Counted from the first letter of the stretch, positions 18,559-29,662 are shown. The stretch: 41,128 nucleotides of DNA from a virus (IMGVR_UViG_2718217884_000003:1-41128); one strand, 5' to 3'. Notes: a model not told the origin generated them from the sequence alone. A program made the numbers and translations.

Positions 18559-18777
18559 TTAGACCTTCTTATAAGAGATAGATCTTCCGAATGGTGGATA
18601 TATAGAAGTTGAATCTTTAATTTCATAAGTGGCCACTACATTTCCCGCAGCGTCCAACTCACGGTAAAGGTATTCATCGGTATCCTGACCTTTTCGAGCT
18701 CCTTTCCAGTTAGAAGAGACAAGCTCAAGTGTATGGTCATCTGGAATGCCGATTTTCTGTTTGTATTCATCACTCAT
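18559..18777 (-). CDS. Hypothetical small protein, opposite strand to late genes
   Basis: 72-aa ORF with RBS AAGGA; divergent from the terminase small-subunit gene 22 bp away. Confidence 0.55.
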   Translation of the reverse strand: MSDEYKQKIGIPDDHTLELVSSNWKGARKGQDTDEYLYRELDAAGNVVATYEIKDSTSIYPPFGRSISYKKV

Positions 18778-18799
18778 GTGAAATCCTTAAAGGTAATTT

Positions 18800-19351
18800 A
18801 TGGCACTCACCGACAAGCAAGAAATGTTCTGTCGCGAGTACCTCATCGATTTAAACGCCACGCAAGCGGCTATTCGGGCGGGGTACAGCGCAAAGACAGC
18901 TAACCGTACCGCATCCGAAAACCTGTCAAAACCTGACATCAAGTTAAGAATCGCCGAACTGAAAGCGCAACGCAATGATCTTGTTGGTATTAATGCAGAA
19001 TATGTACTTAATCGCCTTATTGAAATCGACCAGATGGATGTGCTTGACATTCTCCTGCAAAACGGTGAGCTAAAACCCATCAAAGACTGGCCTAAGGTAT
19101 GGCGCACAACGCTATCAGGAATGGATGTCGTGGAGATGGTATCCGCAGATAGCGCCGCACTTCTGAAGAAAATCAAATGGCCTGATAAGGTTAAAAACCT
19201 TGAGTTGCTTGGGCGTCATGTTTCTGTTCAGGCGTTTAAAGACAACGTCAAAAATGAAGTGACTGGCGCTGATGGAGGACCAGTCAGAACAGAAATTACC
19301 AACTTAACGCCGGAGCAGGCTGCAGAGGCGTATAGAAAAATGATGGGCTAA
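18800..19351 (+). CDS. Terminase small subunit
   Basis: N-terminal motif [32 protein letters not shown] typical of the Terminase_2 small-subunit family. Confidence 0.8.
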   Translation: MALTDKQEMFCREYLIDLNATQAAIRAGYSAKTANRTASENLSKPDIKLRIAELKAQRNDLVGINAEYVLNRLIEIDQMDVLDILLQNGELKPIKDWPKVWRTTLSGMDVVEMVSADSAALLKKIKWPDKVKNLELLGRHVSVQAFKDNVKNEVTGADGGPVRTEITNLTPEQAAEAYRKMMG

Positions 19352-19353
19352 GT

Positions 19354-20976
19354 ATGCCGTTACCATTCCCCTTCGATTTTAAACATCCTGATTACCAGAT
19401 GGTTTTTGAATGGCGGATGGAACGCCTACAGCGCATTCGCCAGAACCCTGAAATATTGCCAGCACTAAAACAGTTTTACCGAACCAACCCGGCTCAGTTC
19501 ATCATCGACTGGGGCATGACAACGGATCCGCGTAATATTGATTATGGCCTGCCGGTGACCATTCCGTTTTTACTCTTCCCTAAGCAGGAGGAGTGGATCC
19601 ACTGGATTATGGAACGCTGGGGCAATAGGGAGAATGGTATTACCGAAAAATCCCGTGAAATGGGGCTCAGTTGGACCGCGATCGGACTGGCCTGCTCGCT
19701 TTGTCTCTTCAACAAAGAAATGGTTATCGGTTTCGGCTCCCGTAAAGAGGAATACGTCGACAGCACTGGTGACCCGAAAGCATTGTTCTGGAAGGCGCGC
19801 AAGTTCGTGGAAACACTACCTGTAGAGTTTCGCGGTTCGTGGAGCGAGAAGAAGCACGCGCCATATATGCGTGTTGAGTTTCCTGATACTGGTGCCGTTA
19901 TCAAAGGCGAGGCTGGCGATAATATTGGTCGTGGTGACCGTACCACGCTTTATCTGGTTGATGAGGCTGCATTCCTTCAGCGTCCTCTGCTGATTGATGC
20001 GGCGTTGTCACAAACGACGCGTTGCCGTATTGACCTGAGTTCAGTTAATGGCATGGCGAACCCGTTCGCGCAGAAGCGTCACGGCGGGAAGATACCGGTA
20101 TTCACATTCCACTGGCGGGATGATCCTCGCAAGGATGAAGAGTGGTATCGCAGGGAATGCGAGAAAATCGATAATCCGGTGGTGGTGGCACAGGAACTTG
20201 ATCTGAACTACAGCGCATCTGCGGAAGGCGTCCTGATCCCGTCCGACTGGGTACAGGCTGCCGTCGACGCGCATATCAAACTTGGTATTCAGCCAACGGG
20301 CAAGCGACTGGGCGCGATGGACGTCGCCGACGAAGGCCGGGACAAAAACGCCTTTTCGACCCGTCACGGCTTCCTCCTGGAGAACGTGCGGGAATGGTCC
20401 GGCGTGGGCAGCGACATTTACCAGTCCGTTGAGAAGGTCTTCGGCTTTTGCGAACAGGACAACCTCGAAGAATTTCGCTTCGACGAGGACGGCCTGGGCG
20501 CTGGCGTTCGCGGCGATGCACGCGCCATCAACGAACTGCGTAACGCTGCGCGCCGACCGTCAATACTCGCCACACCGTTTCGCGGTAGCGGCGCGGTGTT
20601 TGATCCGGACGACGAAGCGGTGCGCGGCGACAACGGACAGGCCGCCCGCCTGAACAAGGACTTCTTTGCTAACGCCAAGGCCCAGAGCTGGTGGCAATTA
20701 CGCAAGCTTTTCCAGAACACCTATCGCGCCGTGGTTGAGGGAATGGCCTACAACCCGGACGAAATTATCTCAATCAGCAGCGCCATGGCGAGCAAAGACA
20801 AACTCATCATCGAGCTGTCGCAACCGACCTATTCCATTAACGGTGTGGGGAAAATCGTTGTTGATAAACAGCCTGACGGCACCAAGTCGCCGAACCTCGC
20901 CGACTCGGTGATGATCAGCTACGCGCCAATGAATTCAGCCCTGAACATCTGGGAGCTGCTAGGGAGACAGGCCTGA
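19354..20976 (+). CDS. Terminase large subunit
   Basis: 540-aa ORF with ATPase-like N-terminal region and nuclease-like C-terminal acidic motifs; stop overlaps portal start. Confidence 0.85.
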   Translation: MPLPFPFDFKHPDYQMVFEWRMERLQRIRQNPEILPALKQFYRTNPAQFIIDWGMTTDPRNIDYGLPVTIPFLLFPKQEEWIHWIMERWGNRENGITEKSREMGLSWTAIGLACSLCLFNKEMVIGFGSRKEEYVDSTGDPKALFWKARKFVETLPVEFRGSWSEKKHAPYMRVEFPDTGAVIKGEAGDNIGRGDRTTLYLVDEAAFLQRPLLIDAALSQTTRCRIDLSSVNGMANPFAQKRHGGKIPVFTFHWRDDPRKDEEWYRRECEKIDNPVVVAQELDLNYSASAEGVLIPSDWVQAAVDAHIKLGIQPTGKRLGAMDVADEGRDKNAFSTRHGFLLENVREWSGVGSDIYQSVEKVFGFCEQDNLEEFRFDEDGLGAGVRGDARAINELRNAARRPSILATPFRGSGAVFDPDDEAVRGDNGQAARLNKDFFANAKAQSWWQLRKLFQNTYRAVVEGMAYNPDEIISISSAMASKDKLIIELSQPTYSINGVGKIVVDKQPDGTKSPNLADSVMISYAPMNSALNIWELLGRQA

Positions 20977-22445
20977 TGGCACGAAACAAGCAAGCCTCTC
21001 AGCGAACGGCGCAGGCCACCGCTGATGGCTATGAAAACTTTGTCGCCCGCGTGGGGATGCAGACGCCTAACCAGCATTCAGCATCGACCTACCGGGCAAA
21101 CTTCACCAGCCGCAACCGCATGCTGGTGGAATGGTCATATCGCGGATCGTGGGTTATCGGCGAAGCGGTCGACGCTATCCCGGACGATATGACCCGGAAA
21201 GGCATTCGCATCACTTCGGAGATTGACGCCAAAGACCGTGGCACCCTGGAAGCGCAGCTGGATGAGTTGCAGATCTGGGATGCGCTGAACGACGTGCTGA
21301 AATGGTCGCGTCTCTACGGCGGCGCGGTGGGCTTCATCATGATTGAGGGGCAGGCACCAATGACCCCGTTGCGGCTCGAAACCATTGGAGAAGGCAAGTT
21401 TAAGGGCATTCTCCCGCTCGACCGCTGGATGATTAACCCGGTGCTGACCCGCCGCATTAAAGATATGGGGCCGGACCTCGGCAAGCCTGAGTTTTACGAC
21501 GTGGTGACCACTGCAACGGGCATCCCGGCCTGGCGCATCCATCACAGCCGCCTGATTCGCTTCGACGGGGTGACGCTGCCATTCCAGCAGAAGATGACCG
21601 AAAACGAATGGGGAATGTCGGTTGTAGAGCGTATCTGGGATCGGCTTACTGCGTTCGATAGCGCTACTGTCGGCGCGGCGCAGCTGGTCTATAAAGCGCA
21701 TCTGCGTACCTATAGCGTGGAGAAGTTGCGCGAGCTTATCGCGCTTGGAGGCCCGGCGTTCGAAGCGTTGCTGAAGAACATCGGCCTGATCCGCCAGTTC
21801 CAGAGCAATGAAGGTATGACGCTCATGGACTCGCGGGATAAGTTCGAAACCCACCAGTACAGCTTTAGTGGTCTGGATGACATTCTTTCGCAGTTTGCTG
21901 AGCAGATCAGCGGTGCCGTTGGTATCCCGCTGGTACGCCTGTTCGGTCAATCCCCGAAAGGCTTCTCTACTGGTGATGCAGACCTCGCCAACTATTACGA
22001 CCGGGTGAGCTCATTGCAGGAGCGCCGCTTACGGCTGCCGATGCGCCGGATACTGGACATTATGCACCGCTCGGAACTCGGAAAGCCGCTGCCGGACGAT
22101 TTCACGTTTGAGTTTAACCCGCTATGGCAAATGTCAGACGTTGACCGATCAACGGTGGCCGTAAACACCACCAACGCGATCAGTACCGCGCTGGGCGACG
22201 GATTGATGACGCGTAAGGCGGCGATGACCGACCTGCGCGAAAACTCTGACGTCACCGGCATCGGGGCATCCATTACCGACGAGGATATCGAGAATGCCGA
22301 AGACGAAGCGCCGCCAGGCATCGGCGAACTTGGCGACAAACCGCCAGAGCCGCCAGGCGGAGATCCGATATCGAACGAGCCTACGGCAGATAGCGCGGGC
22401 GGTCGGGGATATCGTAAATGGTCGCTACGATGGTTCAAACGATAG
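20976..22445 (+). CDS. Portal protein
   Basis: 489-aa ORF directly after the large terminase; acidic Pro/Gly-rich C-terminal tail. Confidence 0.8.
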   Translation: MARNKQASQRTAQATADGYENFVARVGMQTPNQHSASTYRANFTSRNRMLVEWSYRGSWVIGEAVDAIPDDMTRKGIRITSEIDAKDRGTLEAQLDELQIWDALNDVLKWSRLYGGAVGFIMIEGQAPMTPLRLETIGEGKFKGILPLDRWMINPVLTRRIKDMGPDLGKPEFYDVVTTATGIPAWRIHHSRLIRFDGVTLPFQQKMTENEWGMSVVERIWDRLTAFDSATVGAAQLVYKAHLRTYSVEKLRELIALGGPAFEALLKNIGLIRQFQSNEGMTLMDSRDKFETHQYSFSGLDDILSQFAEQISGAVGIPLVRLFGQSPKGFSTGDADLANYYDRVSSLQERRLRLPMRRILDIMHRSELGKPLPDDFTFEFNPLWQMSDVDRSTVAVNTTNAISTALGDGLMTRKAAMTDLRENSDVTGIGASITDEDIENAEDEAPPGIGELGDKPPEPPGGDPISNEPTADSAGGRGYRKWSLRWFKR

Positions 22446-23067
22446 CGTCACCGAAATAATGGATGCGCTGGAGCGCTACAGCGAAATCATCACCCCCTGG
22501 GCGACTAAGGTTGCTGAGAGCTTCACCGCCGACATTGCGCGCCAGAATGAAAAGCAGTGGCGTCAGCACAGTCGGAACATCAGCGCAGAACTACGCAACA
22601 TGGTCGACCGCGCCCCGGTAGGCCAGGTGATGAAATCCATCGTCGCCGAGCAAATTAAGTACATCAAATCTCTGCCTCTTGAGGCCGCCGATCGGGTGTA
22701 TGACATTCAGAACAAGGCCATCGAGGCTGTAGTAACTGGTGGCCGCGCTGAGCCATTCGCGAAAGAGATAGCTGCTTCCGGTGACGTGTCACGCTCACGA
22801 GCGAACCTTATCGCCCGGACTGAGCTTGGGCGCGCAACCGGTGCATTGGATCAGGCGCGTGCGCTGTCAATCGGCTCGAATGGTTATATCTGGCGTACAG
22901 CCGAAGATGGCGACGTCCGGCATTCTCATCGGGAGATGGAAGGTAAGTTTGTCGAATGGGGCCGACCTCCAACGCTTGACGGTATGACCGGTCACGCTGG
23001 TGAGCTGCCGAACTGCCGCTGTTACAAAGAAATCGTCTTCCCCAACCCTCATTCTTATCTCGCCTGA
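22294..23067 (+). CDS. Head morphogenesis protein (Mu F / SPP1 gp7-like)
   Basis: C-terminal region with conserved ...RTELGRATG...GDVRHSHREMEG... resembling the Phage_Mu_F family; start uncertain, the ATG at 22294 implies a 152-nt out-of-frame overlap with portal. Confidence 0.7.
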   Translation: MPKTKRRQASANLATNRQSRQAEIRYRTSLRQIARAVGDIVNGRYDGSNDSVTEIMDALERYSEIITPWATKVAESFTADIARQNEKQWRQHSRNISAELRNMVDRAPVGQVMKSIVAEQIKYIKSLPLEAADRVYDIQNKAIEAVVTGGRAEPFAKEIAASGDVSRSRANLIARTELGRATGALDQARALSIGSNGYIWRTAEDGDVRHSHREMEGKFVEWGRPPTLDGMTGHAGELPNCRCYKEIVFPNPHSYLA

Positions 23068-23081
23068 ATCGCAGGTAAACC

Positions 23082-24314
23082 ATGAAATATTTTTTCAATA
23101 CCCGGCTGGGGGAAACCCGCTATCAGCTGGCTGACGGCTCGCTGTTGTGTAAAGACGTGCCGATAGGTCGAACGGGTAAGCAGCTCTACGGCGCTGCCGA
23201 TCTGCCAAACCTCAAACCCGACAAGCTCGGTGAGATAGTCGTAACGCGTTCTCCTGAGCAGGTATTCCATCCGGCCACGCTCGCCTCATTCGAAGGGATG
23301 AGCATCACGATCCTGCATCCTGAAGATGAAAACGGGAATGTGCGGCTGGTAAATCCCGAGAACTGGAAAGAGCTTGCGGTCGGGCATCTTCAGAACGTTC
23401 GGCGCGGGACTGGTGACCAGTCTGATTTGATGCTGGCAGACCTTATCGTCAAAGACGAAAGCGCCATTCAGCTTATCGAAGATGGTCTGCGCGAAGTGTC
23501 GTGCGGCTATGACGCGGAGTACGAGCAGACCGAGCCAGGTAAAGCCGAGCAGGTCGATATTACCGGAAACCATGTGGCTCTTGTCCCTAAAGGCAGAGCC
23601 GGAAATCGTTGTGCAATTGGAGACAGAGACACAATGGCAAATCAAAAGAAAAGCTGGTGGACCCGCATGCGCACGGCCATCAAAACGGGTGACGCTGACA
23701 CCATGAACGAACTGCTGGACTCTGCGCCAGCGGCGGTAACGGGTGACGAAGGGGATCTGCCGAGCGGCGTTAACCTCAACATTAACCTTTCACCGCAGCA
23801 ACCATTGCCGGACAAAAAGCCGGAAATGGGCGGAGATCCAACCGGCGACGGCGAGGACGATATCAAAACCTTGCTCAAAGCCCTGCTGGCTAAGCTCGAA
23901 GGAACTGCGACGGGCGATAACGACAATAAGCCTGACGAAAAAGACAAAAAAGATCCGACCGGCGACGGCGAGGACGACGAAGAGGAAACCACGATTACCG
24001 GTGACTCTGCCTATCGTGCCGAGGTTATCGTCCCGGGTATCGATCTGAGCCGTAAGGTGAAACCGACCGCGTTCAAACGTGATGTGCTGGCTGCCGCTGA
24101 CAAAACACTGGTTCGCCAGGTTGTCGGTGATGCGGATATCCGCAAATTGCCCAAGCAATCGGTAGATATGGCGTTTAACGCTGTGTCAGAGATTGCCAAA
24201 GGGCGAAACACCCGCAGCACCACGGGCGATGCACAACGTCCAAATATGGGCATGACCAGCATCGCTTCCCTGAACAAACAAAACGCCGACTTCTGGTCTA
24301 ACCGCAAAGGATAA
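23082..24314 (+). CDS. Scaffold-like protein (DUF2213-like) with acidic repeat region
   Basis: 410-aa ORF; conserved N-terminal domain, internal acidic repeats DPTGDGEDD, C-terminal basic segment. Confidence 0.6.
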   Translation: MKYFFNTRLGETRYQLADGSLLCKDVPIGRTGKQLYGAADLPNLKPDKLGEIVVTRSPEQVFHPATLASFEGMSITILHPEDENGNVRLVNPENWKELAVGHLQNVRRGTGDQSDLMLADLIVKDESAIQLIEDGLREVSCGYDAEYEQTEPGKAEQVDITGNHVALVPKGRAGNRCAIGDRDTMANQKKSWWTRMRTAIKTGDADTMNELLDSAPAAVTGDEGDLPSGVNLNINLSPQQPLPDKKPEMGGDPTGDGEDDIKTLLKALLAKLEGTATGDNDNKPDEKDKKDPTGDGEDDEEETTITGDSAYRAEVIVPGIDLSRKVKPTAFKRDVLAAADKTLVRQVVGDADIRKLPKQSVDMAFNAVSEIAKGRNTRSTTGDAQRPNMGMTSIASLNKQNADFWSNRKG

Positions 24315-24318
24315 TCCA

Positions 24319-24822
24319 ATGACTGCATATCTGTACCGGATGCCTGTTGGCATTGCCGGGGCTATCTCTCGCCCGCAGGACTTAACCGTCGAACCGGTGA
24401 TCCTTAAATCCGCTAACGCCTTCGCTGCCTATGGTCTGGCTGGCAAATATGACGCTGACGGCTTTTTCGTGCCGCTGGCGGACGGTGACACCGCCGACAA
24501 GGTGAAGGGGATCTACGTTCGTCCGTATCCGACCACATCGCAGCCAGACATGGTTCGCCAGGTGGGGACGGATAAGAACTTCCCGGGTGACGCCATGAAG
24601 CGTGGCTACATGACCGTTAATCTCGGTTCTGATTTTGATGCCAGCACCATCAAAAAAGGCGACCCGGTATACGTTGTCGTCTCCACTGATGAATCCATAA
24701 AAGTGCCGCTGGGCGGCTTCATGTCCACGTCCGTCAGTGGCAAAAACGTGGCGCTGACCAACGCCGAATTCACAGGGGCCGGTGACGCTAACGGCAATGT
24801 AGAAATCTCCTGGAAGATTTAA
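24319..24822 (+). CDS. Putative head structural / decoration protein
   Basis: 167-aa ORF immediately upstream of the major capsid gene. Confidence 0.5.
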   Translation: MTAYLYRMPVGIAGAISRPQDLTVEPVILKSANAFAAYGLAGKYDADGFFVPLADGDTADKVKGIYVRPYPTTSQPDMVRQVGTDKNFPGDAMKRGYMTVNLGSDFDASTIKKGDPVYVVVSTDESIKVPLGGFMSTSVSGKNVALTNAEFTGAGDANGNVEISWKI

Positions 24823-24833
24823 GGAACAGACAA

Positions 24834-25775
24834 ATGATTACTTTTGATCAGGCAACCGTAGATAGCTCCGGTGCCTTTCTCATCGGGGAGCTGGAGCGAC
24901 TCGACCAGACGCTGAACCTGCCTCTGGTGGGGTACACCTGGACCCGAGATATTCAACTGCGTGAAGACGTGTCTATCGCAGATGACATTTCCAGCTGGAC
25001 GAATACCAGCTTCGCCGCTGCGGGTACTGGTGCAAATCCGAATGGTAAAAACTGGGTAGGCAAAGACTCCACCGCTATTGCTGGCGTGAACGTGGATATC
25101 AGCAAAGACGGCAATCCACTGAACCTCTGGGGTATGGAACTGGGCTGGACCGTTGTAGAGCTGGCAGCTGCTCAGCAGGTAGGCCGCCCGATTGATACCC
25201 AGAAGTACGACGGGATGCAGCTCAAATGGCAGATGGACAACGACGAGCAGGTTTACATCGGTGATGACGCACTCGGCCTGAAAGGTCTGGCAAACCTCGT
25301 CGGTGTGACGCTGAACAACGCGCCGAAGACCTGGGCGAACTCAACCAACGACGAGATCCTCGATAGCGTGAACAGCATTCTGTCTAATGCCTGGGCAGCA
25401 TCCGGTTATTCCATCGTGCCTTCTGATCTGCGCATTCCGCCAGAGCAGTATTCACTGCTGGCGAGCCGTAAGGTTTCCGAAGCGGGTAACCAGTCACTGC
25501 TGACCTATCTGGCTGTGAACACTATCGCTTTCCACCAGAACGGCGTTCCGCTTGAAATCAAAGCGGTCAAATGGCTGAAAGGGCGTGGGGTTGGCGGTAA
25601 AGACCGTATGATCGCCTACACCAACGACAAGAAATACGTGCGCTATCCGCTGGTGCCGTTGCAGAGCGTTCCTGTCCAGTATCGCGGTCTGTATCAGATT
25701 GCGACCTACTACGGCAAGCTCGGTGCGGTTGAGCCAGTGTACAAAGAAACCCTGTCCTACGTGGACGGTATCTGA
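24834..25775 (+). CDS. Major capsid protein
   Basis: 313-aa ORF in capsid position with strong RBS; composition typical of phage major capsid proteins. Confidence 0.75.
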   Translation: MITFDQATVDSSGAFLIGELERLDQTLNLPLVGYTWTRDIQLREDVSIADDISSWTNTSFAAAGTGANPNGKNWVGKDSTAIAGVNVDISKDGNPLNLWGMELGWTVVELAAAQQVGRPIDTQKYDGMQLKWQMDNDEQVYIGDDALGLKGLANLVGVTLNNAPKTWANSTNDEILDSVNSILSNAWAASGYSIVPSDLRIPPEQYSLLASRKVSEAGNQSLLTYLAVNTIAFHQNGVPLEIKAVKWLKGRGVGGKDRMIAYTNDKKYVRYPLVPLQSVPVQYRGLYQIATYYGKLGAVEPVYKETLSYVDGI

Positions 25776-25816
25776 TAACCAGAACGGCCCCGAAAGGGGC
25801 CAGAAGGGAACTGAAA

Positions 25817-26206
25817 ATGGCGAAAGAAAAGCTGGTTACCATCCATGTTCACACCCCGTTTACGCTGACGCTCGGCGATCAGTCAAAAAGGGAGTTTGGC
25901 CGGGGACGGCATAACGTACCGGAAGAGGTCGCGTCGCACTGGTTCACCCAGGCGCACTCCGAGCTTTCCGAAAGCGTGATTAGCGACACCGATGATCTGC
26001 AACCCATTATCGACAGCCTGCAAGCTCAGATTGCCGACAAAGATAAGCAGATTATCGATAAAGATCAGTTGATTGCCGATCTGCGAGAAGCGCTGCTCAA
26101 GCTGCAAGAGCAGAACGACAGCCTGCAAGCGCAGATTGCTGCCGCCCAGACTGGCGGTAATGGGGCGAAAGATGCCAAAGAATCAAAGCCTGCCAACAGT
26201 AAGTGA
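25817..26206 (+). CDS. Hypothetical head-associated protein with C-terminal coiled coil
   Basis: 129-aa ORF; RBS GAAGGG; heptad-like [40 protein letters not shown]. Confidence 0.5.
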   Translation: MAKEKLVTIHVHTPFTLTLGDQSKREFGRGRHNVPEEVASHWFTQAHSELSESVISDTDDLQPIIDSLQAQIADKDKQIIDKDQLIADLREALLKLQEQNDSLQAQIAAAQTGGNGAKDAKESKPANSK

Positions 26207-26579
26207 TTTTCGGCGCGACTTTCCACAGTTTGCTGACCCTGCCAAATATCCCGAAGCACAAATCCAGTTTCGTCTGAATCTGGCTGATGTGCTGCTGAGC
26301 GAAAACGTCACCGGCAAAGAGTTGTTTCCGTACTTTGTCGAGTTGTTCGTGGCTCACTACATGACGCTCTGGGCGGCAGATAGCCGGGCAATGCTCGTCG
26401 GCGGCCCGAGTGGCTCAACCAATGGTGTTCAGTCCTCCAAGTCCGTTGACAAGGTAAGCGTCAGCTATGACACCAGCGCGACGCTAAACCCTGACGCAGG
26501 CTTCTGGAATAACACCCGATATGGCGCTGAATTTTATCAGCTGATCACGATGTTCGGTGCGGGCGGTCGCCAGCTATGA
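26172..26579 (+). CDS. Putative head-tail connector / adaptor protein
   Basis: ORF from internal ATG (26172; alternative 26160); stop overlaps next gene. Confidence 0.5.
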   Translation: MPKNQSLPTVSDFRRDFPQFADPAKYPEAQIQFRLNLADVLLSENVTGKELFPYFVELFVAHYMTLWAADSRAMLVGGPSGSTNGVQSSKSVDKVSVSYDTSATLNPDAGFWNNTRYGAEFYQLITMFGAGGRQL

Positions 26580-27130
26580 GTTTCAAAAGTGGTGTAACAA
26601 CGAGGGTTGATAACGCTCAGGTCATTCTGGATGCGCTCCGGTCGCTAACCAAAAAGGATGTGCTGGTGGGCATCCCGGAAGAAGACAGCGAGCGTGAGGA
26701 TGTTCCGTTTGGTAATGCCGGGATCGGTTACGTCAACGAATACGGCTCACCAGCGCAAAACATACCCCCACGCCCGCACCTGATCCCCGGCGTTAAATCC
26801 GTAGAGGAACAGACGGTGCCGCAGCTCAAAGCAGCGGCGCAGGCTGCGCTTGATGGAAATGCGGCGGGTGCGGAAAGAGCGCTTAACCGCGCCGGAACGC
26901 TGGCCGCGAATGGTGTCAGGCGTTACATGACCATTACCGGCTTTACACCGCTTGCTGATAGCACCGTTGAAGCACGCGCACGCCGTGGGCGCAAAGGGGC
27001 AAAAGAGGAACTTGCGCGGCGCGCTGCTGGTGAGTCTCCTGGAACCGATCTGGTGAAACCGCTAATCGACACCGGGCAATATCGCAGAGCTATTACCCAT
27101 ATTGTGAGGGATAAAGATGCCGACTCTTGA
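26576..27130 (+). CDS. Putative head-tail joining protein
   Basis: 184-aa ORF, translationally coupled in the structural operon. Confidence 0.5.
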   Translation: MSFKSGVTTRVDNAQVILDALRSLTKKDVLVGIPEEDSEREDVPFGNAGIGYVNEYGSPAQNIPPRPHLIPGVKSVEEQTVPQLKAAAQAALDGNAAGAERALNRAGTLAANGVRRYMTITGFTPLADSTVEARARRGRKGAKEELARRAAGESPGTDLVKPLIDTGQYRRAITHIVRDKDADS

Positions 27131-27506
27131 TGTAACAGACGTGCTTTTTGACCCCGATTTTTGCGACTTCAACCTGTGGGTAACGCGTCGCGCGCAAACG
27201 GTGGACGATGACGGGATCGGCAGCGACAGCGAAGTTAAAACGCAGTTTGCCGGGGTTGTTACTGTTGACCGCTCCCTGGAAAACCGCCGCATGCAGGCCG
27301 GGCAGGTTATCAGCGGCGCGATTCTCATCGTGACAACTGAGCGGCTGACGCAGGGGCAGACTGGCCGTGATGCCGATATCGTGACGTATCAGAACCGTGA
27401 TTATCGCGTGACATTCGTCGACCCGTATACGGCTTACGGTGCTGGCTTCGTCCAGGCTCATTGTGAATTACTGCCGTTTGATGGGGGAACTCCCATTGAG
27501 CAATAA
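27117..27506 (+). CDS. Hypothetical virion protein
   Basis: 129-aa ORF in structural operon. Confidence 0.5.
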   Translation: MPTLDVTDVLFDPDFCDFNLWVTRRAQTVDDDGIGSDSEVKTQFAGVVTVDRSLENRRMQAGQVISGAILIVTTERLTQGQTGRDADIVTYQNRDYRVTFVDPYTAYGAGFVQAHCELLPFDGGTPIEQ

Positions 27507-28044
27507 CACCAGCACAGAGCGCGGCTGGCTGATACCAACCAGTGGCGATCCGGATTATGACGAAGCGCTCGACAGGCTGCTAAGCCAGTGGATGCGCAAT
27601 GTTTCCGGCTTGCCGTCTGGAATGGTTCGTCCGCGCTGGCAGAAAAATCAGCCGCCACAGCCACCCGTTGAAACGAACTGGTGCGCGTTTGGCGTTACCG
27701 GGTTGCTCATTGATAACAACCCTGCATTCACCAATCAGACCGACGAGGGCGCTCAGCTCTGGCGGCATGAAACGTTCGAGTGCATGGCGTCGTTCTATGG
27801 CCCGGCTGGTATGTCTTATGCGTCCCGTTTTCGCGATGGCATATCTGTCCCGCAAAACAATGCTGAGCTGAACGCGCTTGGTTTGTCTCTGGGCGACTAT
27901 ACCGGTCTGACCCCTTTCCCCGAACTTATCAACCAGCAATGGGTTCGCCGCTACGACATGACGGTGCGCCTGCGCCGGAAGGTCGTGCGCGAGTACGGCA
28001 TTAAATCGCTGGTGGAAGCGCCAGTCACCTTTTTTGGAGAATAA
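27481..28044 (+). CDS. Hypothetical virion protein
   Basis: ORF preceding tail sheath gene; start uncertain (ATG 27481 or GTG 27439), no clear RBS. Confidence 0.45.
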   Translation: MGELPLSNNTSTERGWLIPTSGDPDYDEALDRLLSQWMRNVSGLPSGMVRPRWQKNQPPQPPVETNWCAFGVTGLLIDNNPAFTNQTDEGAQLWRHETFECMASFYGPAGMSYASRFRDGISVPQNNAELNALGLSLGDYTGLTPFPELINQQWVRRYDMTVRLRRKVVREYGIKSLVEAPVTFFGE

Positions 28045-28047
28045 ACT

Positions 28048-29208
28048 ATGACGCAGGGCTTACCTGTATCCAACGTTGTAAACGTTGATGTGATCATCTC
28101 GCCGAAAGCGGCTACTGGTCGTAACTTCGGCGCGCTGCTGATCCTCGGTTCTTCCACTGTCATTCCGGTGCAGGAGCGCGTTCGCCTTTATGCGTCCGTT
28201 GAGGACATTGGCGAGGACTTCGGAGTCGACAGCCCGGAATATGAAGCGGCGCAGGTTTTCTTCAGCCAGTCGCCGAAGCCGACGCAGGTTTATGTTGGCC
28301 GCTGGGCGAAGACGCTGACCTCTTCCGAAGGTGGAAGCGTGGAAACCATCGTGCAAGCTGTTAATGCCTGCCTGCAGTATACCAACTGGTATGGGCTGGT
28401 TGTCGCTGATGATGTTGCTGATGGCGATGATGTGCTTGATGCTGACGACGTGATTGAGGTTGCTAAACTCATCGAAGCGTCCAGCCTGAGCCGCATTTTC
28501 GGGGTAACGTCAGCCGACGCTGAGATCATCAGCACGACTTCGACGACCGATGTTGCGTCTAAATTAAAGGCCGGTAAGTATACCCGTACCTTTATTCAAT
28601 ATTCCACCAGCAGCCCTTATGCGGCGGTTTCAGCTTTCGGTCGCGCGTTTACTGTCAATTTCAACGGCAGCAATACTACCATTACCCTGAAATTCAAACA
28701 GGAACCGAGCGTAACCTACGAAACGCTGACGGTAGGACAGGCGGCGGCTGTGGATGCGAAGAATGCGAACGTGTTCGTGTACTACGCCAACGACACGGCG
28801 ATCCTGCAACAGGGTGTCATGGCGAACGGTGACTTCTTCGACGAGCGCCACGGGCTCGACTGGTTGCAGAACTACGTTCAGACCAACCTCTATAACCTGC
28901 TTTACACCAGCACCACCAAAATTCCGCAGACTGATGCCGGTGTGACCCGTCTGCTTTCCAACGTTGAACAGTCCATGGATCAGTCCGTCACGAATGGTCT
29001 GGTAGCGGCTGGCGTGTGGAATGGTGGCCCTATCGGACAGCTGAATTCCGGCGATACGCTGACCAAAGGCTATTACGTGTATGCGCAACCGCTGTCCGAA
29101 CAGGCGCAGGCCGACCGCGAAGCGCGCAAAGCACCGTTAATTCAGGTGGCCTGTAAGCTGGCTGGCGCAGTTCATTATGCCGATGTGCAGATCAACGTGG
29201 TTCGCTAA
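28048..29208 (+). CDS. Tail sheath protein (contractile tail)
   Basis: 386-aa ORF followed by tube and chaperone genes in canonical myovirus order. Confidence 0.7.
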   Translation: MTQGLPVSNVVNVDVIISPKAATGRNFGALLILGSSTVIPVQERVRLYASVEDIGEDFGVDSPEYEAAQVFFSQSPKPTQVYVGRWAKTLTSSEGGSVETIVQAVNACLQYTNWYGLVVADDVADGDDVLDADDVIEVAKLIEASSLSRIFGVTSADAEIISTTSTTDVASKLKAGKYTRTFIQYSTSSPYAAVSAFGRAFTVNFNGSNTTITLKFKQEPSVTYETLTVGQAAAVDAKNANVFVYYANDTAILQQGVMANGDFFDERHGLDWLQNYVQTNLYNLLYTSTTKIPQTDAGVTRLLSNVEQSMDQSVTNGLVAAGVWNGGPIGQLNSGDTLTKGYYVYAQPLSEQAQADREARKAPLIQVACKLAGAVHYADVQINVVR

Positions 29209-29218
29209 GGAGCGATAA

Positions 29219-29659
29219 ATGGCAACTTATTCTTTTCTCGATGTAACCGCGTCGCTCACCGGGCCGACCGGCGTTATCGATCTTGGTCAGGGTTCTGCGA
29301 ACTCTGAGGAAGGTATCACCCAGACCATGGGCGGCAACAAGAACACTATGACCATCGGTGCCGATGGCGAAGTGATGCACAGCCTGCACGCCGATAAGTC
29401 AGGCACCATTACGGTGACGCTGCTGAAAACCTCCCCGGTGAACAAGAAGCTGTCTCTGGCGTATAACGCGCAAAGCCAGTCCTCTGCCACCTGGGGCAAT
29501 AACGTGATCGTCATTCGCAACACGGCATCGGGTGATATTTCTACTGCGCGTTCGTGCGCATTCCAGAAACAGCCTGATTTCAATAACGCCAAAGAGGGCG
29601 GGACTGTTTCCTGGGTGTTCGACTGCGGCAAGATTGACCAGCTGCTCGGGGAGTTTTAA
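29219..29659 (+). CDS. Tail tube protein
   Basis: 146-aa ORF immediately after sheath; strong RBS. Confidence 0.7.
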   Translation: MATYSFLDVTASLTGPTGVIDLGQGSANSEEGITQTMGGNKNTMTIGADGEVMHSLHADKSGTITVTLLKTSPVNKKLSLAYNAQSQSSATWGNNVIVIRNTASGDISTARSCAFQKQPDFNNAKEGGTVSWVFDCGKIDQLLGEF

Positions 29660-29662
29660 CGC

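Noticed and set aside
20041-21950. Several long minus-strand and alternative-frame ORFs (e.g. 20276..20521, 20418..20720, 21135..21950) inside the terminase and portal genes
   Set aside because: They lie antisense or out of frame within strongly supported, translationally coupled structural genes in a GC-rich region where spurious ORFs are expected; no RBS.
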